A stretch of 64,000 nucleotides of DNA from Azolla caroliniana. Its lineage: Eukaryota; Plantae; Polypodiophyta. Position numbers and translations under genes: made by a program. Of this stretch, positions 10,426-23,136 are shown in pieces; the first letter of the stretch is position 1; each line of letters starts with the position of its first letter. The notes beneath the pieces are model-generated. The model was not told the DNA's origin. It searched no databases and saw only the letters and a list, made by a program, of their open reading frames with translations. The stretch is taken from NCBI GenBank assembly GCA_043228905.1, contig JBHGNT010000001.1, forward strand, positions 11,532,001 through 11,596,000. Direction: 5' to 3'.

Positions 10426-13400
10426 CCTTCTGGCGGGTGGACCGGCGTAGCTCACTGTTACTCGGTATGAGACCCTTCTTGGCCGGTTTGGTCTTCGTTC
10501 CCGAAGATCTACCTATGTCCTTGCCAAAGTTAGATACGCACCGATCCGACTCATCATTGCCGGTCTCAAATTCCGGCATCTTCTGCTTCCCTTTCTCTTT
10601 GCGTGTGAACCGTCTCCTCGGTTCCTTGCGTGGGGAGAGCACGATAGAGTCTCCACTACTCGCCGTCTCATCATCCGACTGGTTGGACTGATCCAGTCTC
10701 TCATTCGGTCTGCTTAACCGGAATGATTCCGGACTCTCATCTTGAGTCTCGACTTCATCTTTCTTCACCTGGGCAAGTTCAGGCTCACTAGCCCCGTCCT
10801 TCGACATCGGGTCTGGATCGGAAGTCGGAGTTGGTAAAGAATACCACAATGCCGATTCATCAAACTTGACATCTCACTGACTCGGACCTGCTTCGTCCGG
10901 GGGATATAACACTTATACCCCTTTTGTTCTTGAGCATAGTCGACTAGGATGCATTTTTCCGATTTTGCATCCAGCTTTCTCCGCTTCTCATTCGGCACAT
11001 GTACATAGGCTATGCTGCCGAATATCCGGAGGTGTCTCAAATTCGGCTTGCACCCGAAATACAACTCGTGAGCTGACACCTTGTCCCCGATCCGGTTCTA
11101 GATGTAAACGACCGTTTGGACCGCCTCCGCCTAGTAGAACTTGGGCATGCTCTTTTCCTCCAGCATTGCCCTAGCCGCGTCAATCAGCGACCGATTCTTC
11201 CTTTCGGCCACACCGTTCTGTTGCGGTGTGTATCTGCAACTGAATTCTCGCCGAACTCCTTTTTGTTGTAGATAGCTGTTGAAATGGCCGGAAAAATACT
11301 CTTTTCCACCATCCGACCGTAGGCATTTGATCTTCCTCTCCGATTCCCATTCCATCATCTTCTAGAGGCTCAGGAAACACTCGAAGACTTCGCTCTTCCG
11401 CTCAATGAGGTAGATCCACGTATGCCGCGTGTAGTCGTCGATGAAGGAGACGAAATATCGACTCCCGCCAATGCTAACATTTTGTGCCGGTCCCCACACA
11501 TCTGAATGGATAAGATCGAGCTTGTTACAGCTTCGATTTCTTTCGGTGGGGAATGGAAGCCGGTGTTGCTTCCTGAGTTGGCAGGCTCCACAAATCTGGG
11601 CTCTCCGGCCGCTAAACTTCGGCAAACCGAAAACGACTTGTTCCGTTTGCAGGTCTTGAAGCCTCCGGTAGTTGACGTGGCCGATTCGCTTGTGCCACAG
11701 GTCGATATCCAACTCGACTTTCTGTCCTTTGGCGAACAGTGCAGTGCGGACGTCATTGGTTTTGAGGATAAACATCCTCCCATCTCTGCGCCTTTGCGCA
11801 ATAACTTCGCCCTCATCCTCAATGAAGCACCCAAGGTGCGTAAACTGTACCTGCATCCCTTGGTTGACGATCTGTCCGACCGACACTAGGTTCTTCGTGA
11901 TCGTCGGAACATGTAATACATTCATCAGCTTCCCCCTCTGTCCGACGTGGCTCAAAGGGACTTCTCCGATGTGCACGATTGGGTGGGGAGTGTCGTCTCC
12001 GGTTTCGACAACTCCCGGTTGATCCGGATTCTCCAAAAAGGAGAACCACTCCTCGTGGCTCGTCATGTGGTTTGATGCGCTGGAGTCAACATCCCACACT
12101 TCCTCCGATTTGGGAGTGGTCTTCTTCATTGAGTTTGCCTTGTGCTTCATCACCAAGGCCGGCCCCTTACCGTTCTTGGATCCTCCCGATCCGTTTGCGT
12201 AGTGCAAGCTTTGCCGTCCTTCCTTACCGGTCTTGCCGGATCCGGATTTGTCTGAATCGGCACGCTTTCTCCAACACTCGCTTTCCCTGTGGCCCTTTTT
12301 GCCATAGTACCAGCATTCCGTAGTGGATTTGTCTTGCCGGCCTCCGGCACCACCTTGACTCCCTCTGCTTGTGGAAGTCCCGGAACTGCTGTCGACACGC
12401 TCATTGTGCCTTCGTTCCTGCTCTTGCCGGCCGCCTCCATTGCGTGCTGACCTGCCTCGTCCACCACGCCCATAGGACCGATCCACTCCCGTGTACAACA
12501 TCCGACTGTCTGGGGATGCACTAGTAGATGCACCAGCGTGGTTCTCCTCTATAAGGAGCATTGACTGTAAGTCGAAAAATGAGGGCGTATTCTCCCTTGT
12601 ACAAACCGTAGTCCGGAAAGCTCCGAACTTGGACGCCAGGCCTCCAAGGCAGACCTGCACCATCTCGTCTTCCTCTACGGTGACGTTAATAGAGGCAAAC
12701 GAGTCACAGATCCCTTTGATCCGGGTTGTGTAATTTGCCACCGACATGTTCTTCTGTCGAACATTGCTCAACTCCTATCTGAGTTGCAGCTTCCGGGTAG
12801 TGGTGCTTGCAGCGAAAACCTTTTTCAAGTTTCCCCAAGCATCCTTCGGTGTCTTGGCGTCACGGATATGGCTGAGCAGCTGGTCACCGACACTAGACGC
12901 GAAGCAGTACATCACCCTGCTTGCCGCCTGTTCCCACACTGGGAAGTCCTTGTGTGTCGTATCCGGTGTTGAGTCGTTCACTTTGTCGACATAACTCTAG
13001 TAGCCATGCCCAAGCAGGTACTGGTGCATCTTGTATGACCAAGATGCATAGTTGGTTCTGTCGAGCTTCTCCACCAGGAGCGACGTAGCCATACCGCTGT
13101 CCATTTCTCCTTTTGTGTCTGTTTTCCGATCTGTTAGGGTTTCCTTCACAAACGTAGATTGACTGCAGTAGAGGTTCTCAACCCAGGCGCTCTGATACCA
13201 TGTTAAAGATTGCTTGCGGAAGCGTTAGAAAGAACAGTACACATAGAGAGAGAGAGAGAGAGAGAGAGAGCAGGACACACTATTTTCAAAAATTATATGA
13301 ATACTCTATGCTCTCACACTATCTACAATGCGCTCATCAGCGCTATTTATACAAGTCCACACGGGACTGTTAGAAGTACGGTGTACTTCAATCCTCACAC

Positions 13401-13570
13401 GAGCATCTGACACTAACTACAAGACTATAACTGCCTAGTAGTCTAACCTATACTAGGCTACCAGTTACAGATTGGATCCGGCATACCGGCTCCCCAGCTC
13501 ACCGGTCCTTACTGCTTACCGGCTTGGTTGCTCACCGGCATACCGATTCCTCTCGCTTATCGGCTCCGGT
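10426..13570 (-). mobile_element. Ty1/Copia LTR retrotransposon C (5' half, degenerate), interrupted by Copia A in the opposite orientation
   Basis: Minus-strand PBS TGGTATCAGAGC at 13200-13189, directly after the LTR end at 13201. Gag ATG at 13104, zinc knuckle, WDVDSSAS protease, integrase; reads to ..LRRSTRQK at the Copia A LTR. Several TAG stops and frameshifts. Outer LTR boundary is uncertain. Confidence 0.92.
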
Positions 13571-14175
13571 TGTAGTCCAATCGTACGGCATACCATGTTG
13601 CAATGCATCATTAAACATATCGGTTATCCATATATGTGCTTCCTTTCTCGTCCATTTGAGCATTTCAGCCTTTATACATTGAAGATCGCTTGCCTTTCGA
13701 GAGGCCAATTTCTTAAGTCCTATGCATATATCTTCAATCGTAAAGAAGGGAGGCATATGTGAAAGAGAACCATAACACATCATCTTTCCGGCAAGAGATA
13801 ACTCATATAAATTCTTACAATGCATAGACAAGTCGTGAAGAGTTAAGTCACCATAACTCTCAACACGTTTCCCCTTTAGATTTCCCCAAAATTTAGCACA
13901 TGCATGTGCTTTCTCTTGCGTTTGGATAAATTGTTGAGTAACTTCCCATATTCTTCTCTTTCTTTGAATAAGCCTTTTATACTCATGCAAATGCTTTTGG
14001 TAATTCTCTTTATCCTTAACTACATCCAAAACCATAAGGCACTTTCGAGCTTCACGACATTCTTTATCAAACCATTTTTTCCTAAGTTTCTTGGTGTATT
14101 TCCAAGATGTGCAATTGGTCAAAAAACATTTGTTTGTACAGGAGAGAATGACTTTCTTGAAAGCTTCCCATTTGC
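13571..14175 (-). mobile_element. RTE-like LINE fragment (linker to RT N-terminus)
   Basis: KWFDKEC..LKKLASRKASD..EMLKW..GMPYDWTT resembles SWFDDEC..IKKMASGKATD..ELLKW..GFPNDW of the LINE at 52707-54035. Confidence 0.8.
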
Positions 14176-14179
14176 ATTC

Positions 14180-14180
<1 letters not shown>

Positions 14181-14222
<42 letters not shown>
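14181..14222. repeat. (AG)n microsatellite
   Basis: Uninterrupted AG run. Confidence 0.95.
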
Positions 14223-14225
<3 letters not shown>

Positions 14226-14289
14226 TATTTTTAACATCCACAGAAGACCAATTGTGGTCTATGAGATGAGGCCTAGCCCATGGCGAGCG

Positions 14290-14760
14290 AAAATAGCGAC
14301 CATTATTATGCATCCTACCTAATTATGGGTTTATTTGGCAACAACTACAAAATATTGCATCGATGAAAGTTCATTTACCTTTACAAACATGAGAACAATC
14401 ATGGATTGATTGGTGTTTAGAGGGTCAAACACAATTTTACAAGTGACTACTAATCGTTTGTATCATTGCTTCGTTGAGTCTCTTGGAAGATAATACTCAT
14501 CGTTTTATACAATGTCTGATTGCTTGTCAGATTTGGAGTTACATTTCTCAAATTAGCCAAGTTTCATCATGATGTTATTTGATGCCTATATAATGGGTGT
14601 TTGCACAATTGACACAGGTTGACCCAAAATCAGAGATCGAGATCGTTTTCCTATTTTTGAGGTATTGGGGATTGCGCCATAATTAGGATATGTGCAATGC
14701 TTTTGTACTAATGTGGCAAATTTCTTTATTGGAGCAAGTGGAAATTCTTTCCACAATGGA
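14290..14760 (+). mobile_element. Degenerate L1-like LINE 3' fragment (zf-RVT region)
   Basis: Reads HCFVES..EDNTHRFIQCLIACQIWSY, a zf-RVT-like C..E...H.F..C...W motif, across a frameshift. Confidence 0.6.
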
Positions 14761-14909
14761 ATGTTCGTCTTGCCTATTGGCAATTCAACATGTTCCACTA
14801 CCCATGTAGTTAGTGGGTGACCATACTCTATTGTGACACCCATTGTAAGTAGTGTTTTCCACACACATTTATTAATGTAATTGTGTGTTTTCACCAACTA
14901 GAGTGAGAA

Positions 14910-15054
14910 AGAGAGGTCATGGGTTCAACCCCTACATTCCACGGTGGCATCTAGTGAATTAAGAAATACGTATGGGGTAATAGAGAGGTGTTAAATTTGG
15001 TTTTGAACCCATGTAATGACTTACCACTAGGGTAAGCTAAATATGATAAAAAAG
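14910..15054 (+). mobile_element. tRNA-derived SINE-like element, partial copy
   Basis: GGTCATGGGTTCAACCCCTACATT..CTAGTGAA..TTTGAACCC..GTAAGCTAA..ATAAAAAAG, colinear with the copy at 37036-37250. Confidence 0.6.
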
Positions 15055-15974
15055 AGAGATCTCTTTGGCGCATCCATAAGAGACTATTTTTTATATAATG
15101 CCAACAAACATATAGTGGATATGAAATTTGTATTGCCCACAAGGAGGCTAATTTCGACCCATGAAATCTAAATAGCATAAATATCTTGTCCATGTCTCCT
15201 TCCTAAGATGTTCTTGTACATGTTTCATGGGACCGACTTGAAATATTTTCATGTTGTGTATATTAGGGAATACAAGCAACTCTTGCGACAAGGAGGATTG
15301 TATGTAGGGATATCATGGTTAGTAAAGCAAGTTGGCCCAATGATCGACGGTGGGGCAAAAGAAGATAGAGTGTGCTACCTAGACTCACAAGGTGGGATGT
15401 GAAGATACTACATGAGAAAACGCCTAACAAACATGTTTTAATATCTTTCCAAGTGGGCTGGGGGATGCTACAAAACTCCTTATCTCCAACCCTATATATA
15501 TACACACACAAAGGAATCCAACATTTGATTTCTCGTTCCATGGCATGTCGATTCAAATGCATATTAAGAAAGCCCAATATCCCGCTCCTCAACAATCAAG
15601 TAGTAGCATGCATATTGATTCCATCTAGGGTTGGAGGGAACCTCAGGGACGCAAGGCATTCGAAACTTTTGTTTGAGCGATTCAAGTGGCTCATTATTGT
15701 AGATGGTTCATAGGACGGTAGCATGTGTGTGTGTGTGTGTGTCAGGATCGGTTTCTCGACCGACTTTATGGATAGAAAGTTGTGAGAGAGAGAGTTACTA
15801 TACATATATAGATTTTGATTGTAAACACGTCTCTGTTTGTATAATAGAGATCGCAGTTACAAAGTTAGAGTGAGATAATGAATGAGGAGAAGGAAAGGGG
15901 TGGGACAGTTAAATTGATTAAGAAACGTAATTGATTGAGGAAGCCTCCCTTCCCTTCACTCTACCCACCTCTAC

Positions 15975-16070
15975 ATGACTGACAGACGGACTGGCTTGAC
16001 TTGACTTGACTTGACCGACTAAACTGACGGACGTGACTTGATTGACGGACTGAACTGACGGACGGACCGG
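15975..16070 (+). promoter_or_regulatory. Cluster of W-box (TTGACY) and TGACG motifs upstream of ATG8
   Basis: Four tandem TTGAC at 15996-16015, TGACG at 16025, 16043 and 16056, just upstream of the CT-rich putative first exon. Confidence 0.55.
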
Positions 16071-16099
16071 CACAAAAGGTTTTGCTTTTTTATCATCAC

Positions 16100-16283
16100 A
16101 CACTCTCTCTCTCAGATCTCTGTGTACTCTCCTCTCCGATTCTCAGAAATCGTCAGAAAAAGAAGGGCACGCAGGCAGGCGGAAGAAGGGAAACCCTATC
16201 GACTTCCTCAGCAGATAATAGATTATCCTCCTCCTCCTCCTCCTCCGTCGCTCCATCCATCCATCCATCCATCCATCCATCAG
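16100..16283 (+). other. ATG8: Putative non-coding 5' UTR exon of ATG8, followed by a 2.5 kb intron (16284-18768)
   Basis: CT/CCT/CCAT-rich leader, CAG|GTTCGT donor, T-rich intron, TTTTCAG acceptor 5 nt before the ATG; TSS approximate. Confidence 0.6.
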
Positions 16284-18386
16284 GTTCGTTCCTCTTATTT
16301 CTGCTATTTCCTTCATCTTTGCCATGTTTCTCTTTCTCTGACTACGCTGTAATTCCATGACTTCTCTTTCTGTGCTCTTTATTTATTTACTTTTCTTTAT
16401 TTATTTTCTCGTATGCTTCCGTGAAAACCTCATTCTTTCCTCTTCTTCATCGTTTTCTCTGAAGCTTTCTTCACGCTTCTCTTTCTCTAACCAGGATATG
16501 AATTTCATGATTTTTTCTTTCTGTGAGGTTTTTATTTATTTATTTGCTCGTATGCTCTCATGAAATCCTCATTCTATACTTCTGTCTTCTTTCTTTTGTT
16601 TTTTTATGCTCACAATTTTAATCGTGTTTTGAAATTCTTACGTTCACAGTTTCATATTCTTTGAAATTGCTAACTATGTTTTTATGTTCACAATTTCTTA
16701 TTTTTTGAATTTCTGTTATTGTGAGATCGGTTTGTTTTTTATATTTTTCTAATTTTGATATAATTCCCTGACTAATTTTTTACCAGTTTTGATCTGAATT
16801 TCTGTCATCGAGGGGCCTCAACCTATTTGCCGATTTTCTTTCACCATCACTTCAAACTCTTTTACTTTTCCCATAATTCTTTCATAAAAATCCTAATCCG
16901 TGATTTTCTCTTCGTTTTCATTTGGAATTCCCTCTTTGAGAAATCTGTTTGATTTTTAAAACGTTTATTTCAAGATATAATTTCATGATTATCTTGTTTT
17001 ATGAAAATTCGATGCGGAAATGCTTCTTTTCCTTTAATCACAACATAAGACTTCGTTTTTCTGTGGTTTTCGACATGATTTCATGGTTTTTGATCATGAA
17101 TCCTTTTAATCAGGGCTTCCCTTCTTTTCGGATCACAATTCATGGAATTGAAAATATATCCACTGCTAGGAGCTCCGTTTGTCTTTAAGCATGTAGTAAG
17201 CATAGCTTTTCACTGCTTCGTGTCTCAGCATTGAATCTTGATCCTTCTATTAAGTCAGTTAATCCTAATGATGATGAAGATCTGAAACATGACATAAGAC
17301 TGTGCAGTAGTAGATGTTTATTTCTATAAACATGCCATGAGTCTGTGTCTTTTCTATTAGGAGTAATGATCTGAGCTATTGCTGCACTACAGACTGAAGA
17401 AAATTTGTTACATAGCGTATCGCTGGCCTTTGTGTTGTACAAAAACCACAACAAAGCAATGAACGGCCAGTTTGGATCTTCAAATTATAGTGAACCATAA
17501 TTTTTGCCCAGCGTAGAGGGTGTTACAAGAGAGCATGAAGTATGATGACTATTCTCCAAAACCTGCTTCAGGTATTTGTACTCAGAGACAAATAAGCAAT
17601 ATTTATGTTGCCATTGTCATCTCAAATTTAGATGACTTTTGAGACATATCCACCAACTCTCAGGTGTCATTTTAGCGTATGGATCATATTTCAGCATCCA
17701 TATTTTTCTTCCAATTAGGCGTTCTTGATGCCTCCTCTACAGAAGAAGGCTGTTTTTCTCCCCCGATGATAGTGTTCTTATAATAAGATTGACTTTAGCT
17801 ATTTCTGATGAGTTCCATTCACTCCTTAATGATCTGCCACCTGATAGTAAATTGCAAGCTTGGAGATTTGATTCCTCCAGTTGATTGGAGCCTATTTGGG
17901 GGAGCTTGATTATAACATCAGGTTCAACAGGATGGGGCTTACATGGAAATATAGTTGGAGAGTGATGAATGTGCCATAGAATCAAATTCTTCTTTAATAA
18001 GCTCAGCACTTGGGAGGAACTAGAAGTCTCGTAATTCATTGAGTCATGGACATTGTTGGCAAAATCTTCATCAAAGATGCTTGTTCATGGATTCTAGCCA
18101 TGAAATCCATCACCTATGCTTTTCCCTTCTTTTCTAATTATCCGTTTGGATGTTAGATATTCCCTTCATTAGCTTAAATTAGTCTGTAGATGCCCTCGAT
18201 GTATATTAGATGATAATTTTAGTGTATTTTTGTGATTTTACTCCCTTTTTGTTTGGCAATATCTAGATTTCTTGAAAATCTAATTTAGAGATACATCTAT
18301 GAGCTCACCAATTTAAATAAGGGCAATGATTTTTAGAATTATGGTTTTCCATGTTTTCACCAGTAAAACATACACTAGGTTTTGTG

Positions 18387-18670
18387 TAGGAGTTGGCAAC
18401 GGTTCAGCTCAAGCTGAAACCGAGTTGTTAAACCGTTTTTAAACAGTTTGGCAGTTCGGTTTGGTTCAGGCTTGAGCTTCCTCCAGTTGGAGCTCGGTTC
18501 AGATCAGCTTGAGCCTTTCCTAACCGGTTTGTTAAGCCTAAACCGGTTTAGGGATCGGTTTTGTTTTGCTTGGTTCAGATTTGAAAACTCCCAAACCGGT
18601 TAAAGTTTAACGGGTTTGGCTTGGACAAGGCCAAACTGATTAAGCCGAACCGAACCGTTGCCGATTCCTA
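18387..18670. mobile_element. hAT-type MITE (284 bp) in ATG8 intron 1
   Basis: TIRs TAGGAGTTGGCAACGGTTC / GAACCGTTGCCGATTCCTA, perfect 8-bp TSD GTTTTGTG at 18379-18386 and 18671-18678, AACCG subterminal motifs. Confidence 0.9.
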
Positions 18671-18773
18671 GTTTTGTGGGCCATGAAGGGTTCTATCAAT
18701 TATATTTTTCCTACATTATTAATACACTGTCAACCTTGTGATTCTTAATCAAACATTTCAATTTTCAGGAAAA

Positions 18774-20219
<1,446 letters not shown>

Positions 20220-21908
20220 GGTGCTCTTATGAAAATGATTAATCTTTTGATATGTTTGAAGCCGAATATTATGTATGTATTTCTCCCCCTTACATGATTT
20301 GTACATAGCATGTAACTTTCTTCATGCATTAGTAGCCTCTATTGTATATGTGTTAAAGAAGCTATGATCTCCAATGCATCTTTGTACTTAGGAATCCAAT
20401 ACACACTAGATTTGTTTAAAACGCATACATGTTTCTTTGTTTTTGATGTTGTCCCAACATGGGTGGATATTAGAGTTTTTCTTTGTTTGCTCATGACGTG
20501 TGATTTAAGAGTCTTTATTGGCCATTGTGTAATTTTTTATTATCATGGATCATCATCCAAATGCTTACAGGAACTGGATCATTGTTATATTATCATGAAT
20601 ATGAAGTATTGGCCCAATTGAGGATTTACTTAACTCAATAAAACTCATTAAGAGACAAACTTTATTAAAAAGAGCCAATAGCAACATTGAACATTTACAT
20701 TAATGATAATATTCTGAAAAGCACCAAGCACAAAATAACTTTGATCTAAGGTAATGCAACTACTTACAACAGAAGGAAATCTCTGCACCTATTTTTGTCT
20801 TTCTGTGGTGAGTTTGTGGAATTGTGTCACTTTGTGATTGTGCATCTGTCTTTGATAAAAAATAAATATGTATCATTTCTGTATATTTGCTAGAGCACAT
20901 TACCTGTGTTGGTGAATGGCCTTTTAATGGCAATCTGGAAAATAGGATGTTTGATTCATTTGTTCTCGCATTTCACTATTGTGAATATTCGTTTTTTGTT
21001 GGGTTCTACCCTTCATATTCCCAAACATATCACCTTGTGACTTCAGAAAACAGATAGATGCAAGTCACTTCCCCCACTTGCTTAAAAATTGTGTTTCTCT
21101 ATTTTTAAAAATCATTCCTCTAAAAATAAGTCATTCATCATGAGTGCTGCACTAATTGCAATAACAATTATAAAACACTTCTCTTGTAATTGTATAATAT
21201 CTAGAAAATCATGGAAAATAGCAAATTGGTAGCATTTCATGATGTTGTACAAAGCACATTAGGGTTCTTTGACAACAAAAATGATGCACTAGGAGAATAA
21301 AATCAAGGTCAAGTATGTCATATGATGCCTGGGTTATTTTCTTAACTCTTCGAGTAGTGATCATCCTTAGAGTAGTAAGTGATGCTTGCAATTAACAAAG
21401 TAAAAAGTACGTTTTGTTTAAAACAAGGGCTTCCTAATTTTGAAAAAATACATGGTGCTACACAAGATGAAAAAAAACCAACAAACAAATTGTCATGAAA
21501 GTTTCACTCATAATTTGTGGTTTTGTCAATGCAAGAGCACATCGACTAACTAAAATAATGAATAAATTTGGGTTACTCATAAAATCCATTTTCAAATATG
21601 ACACTACGAATTGGATTGAAAATTTGAAACCATATTTATCCATGGGTATTTGTTACACAACTAGTTCCATTTTATGGCCATCTTTTTAACACTACAATGC
21701 TAAACTATTTACATGGTTTTCTTTTACAAAATTTGTGTGTAATTGTTAGTTGAAGCAGTTTTTTCAATACTAGCTCTACTAGAAATGAAGAACCTACAAT
21801 TGTGTACTTGGGTAATAAGTTAAGTTCACATATTTGTGAAGCGCTAATCCAACATTCATAAAAAATTCTCATTAAGTAATATGACATGTATTAAGAATGA
21901 GGGCACTC

Positions 21909-23102
21909 AGTTCGATATTTGGGATGTATGGTTGGAATAGATTTAAGGCCAGAAGTAATGCTATCTCCGTTATTATTGTCAAAAAAACGTAAATTACTGT
22001 ATTGGGATGCCCAAGAATTGTCCTTTGCAGGTTGGGTTGTAGTAGCAAACACAATACTGTTGGCATCAATGTGGTTTATAGCATCTGTGTGGCTATTTTT
22101 TAGATTAGCAATAACGAAAGTGCAAAGCTTGATCCATAATTTCCTTTGGGGGGGGAAAACAAGGCTTTCCTACAGTAGCGAAAGTTTCTTGGAATGTGTT
22201 GATTCAACCTAAAATCAATGGAGGATTGGGTTTGATAGATCCTTTGATACAATCAAGAGCTCTCTTGACTAAGTTTGTAATCAAACGATTGTTGACAGGA
22301 TCAATAACTTGGAAAGGAATATTTCTAAATCAATTAATGTAGTTAGCTCCTAAGATAGGAGGAGCATGGTCACCCTCTCTAAAGTTGGTGTTCTTGAATG
22401 ATATGCAAACACCAAGACGGAACCTTACATCCAACAGATTTTTGCTAGGAATCATAAGAGCATGGGATGTGATTAAATCATTTTTGCTTAAGGACAAGCC
22501 TTCTACGTGGGATGCATTACTTAATCAACCTCTTCTTGCCAATTCTTTATTTCGAGATTATTAAGCGGACAAGCTCAACATGGGCCGGATTGGCTGTATA
22601 AGCCGAGAGCCGAATCGGATGAAGACCGATCGGCTAGGACCGGATCAGAGAGACAAATCGGTATTTGGATCGGAGGGAACCGGATCTGTGTGTAACCGAT
22701 GGGCCATTAGAGGCCTACGATCCTAGCCTAATAGATAGGCATATTTTTGGGAGTTTGTGTCATAGCTTAGTTATGAGCATTGAAGTACTTCCCAGTACTT
22801 CGGTCAGTCCTTTAAGGACTTGTATGAAAATGCTCACAGAGCACACTTATATGTACACGGATCGGTATATGATCGGAGGGAACCAAATCTGTGTGTAACT
22901 GGTAAGCCGTTAGAGGCCAATAATCCTAGCCTGATAGATAGGCATATTTTTGGGAGTTTGTGTCATAGCTCAATTATGAGCATTGAAGTACTTGTCAGTA
23001 CTTTAGTTAGTCCTTTAAGGACTTGTATAAAAGTGTTCACAGAGCACACTTGTATGTACAGAGTATTGAGTGTTATTTTTTTAAAATAGATGTTGTGTTC
23101 AA

Positions 23103-23136
<34 letters not shown>

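Noticed and set aside
15200-15720. Host gene fragment
   Set aside because: It shares TGTCTCCTTCCTAAGA with the RTE-like 3' region near 51261, so it is probably a decayed LINE end; too weak to annotate.
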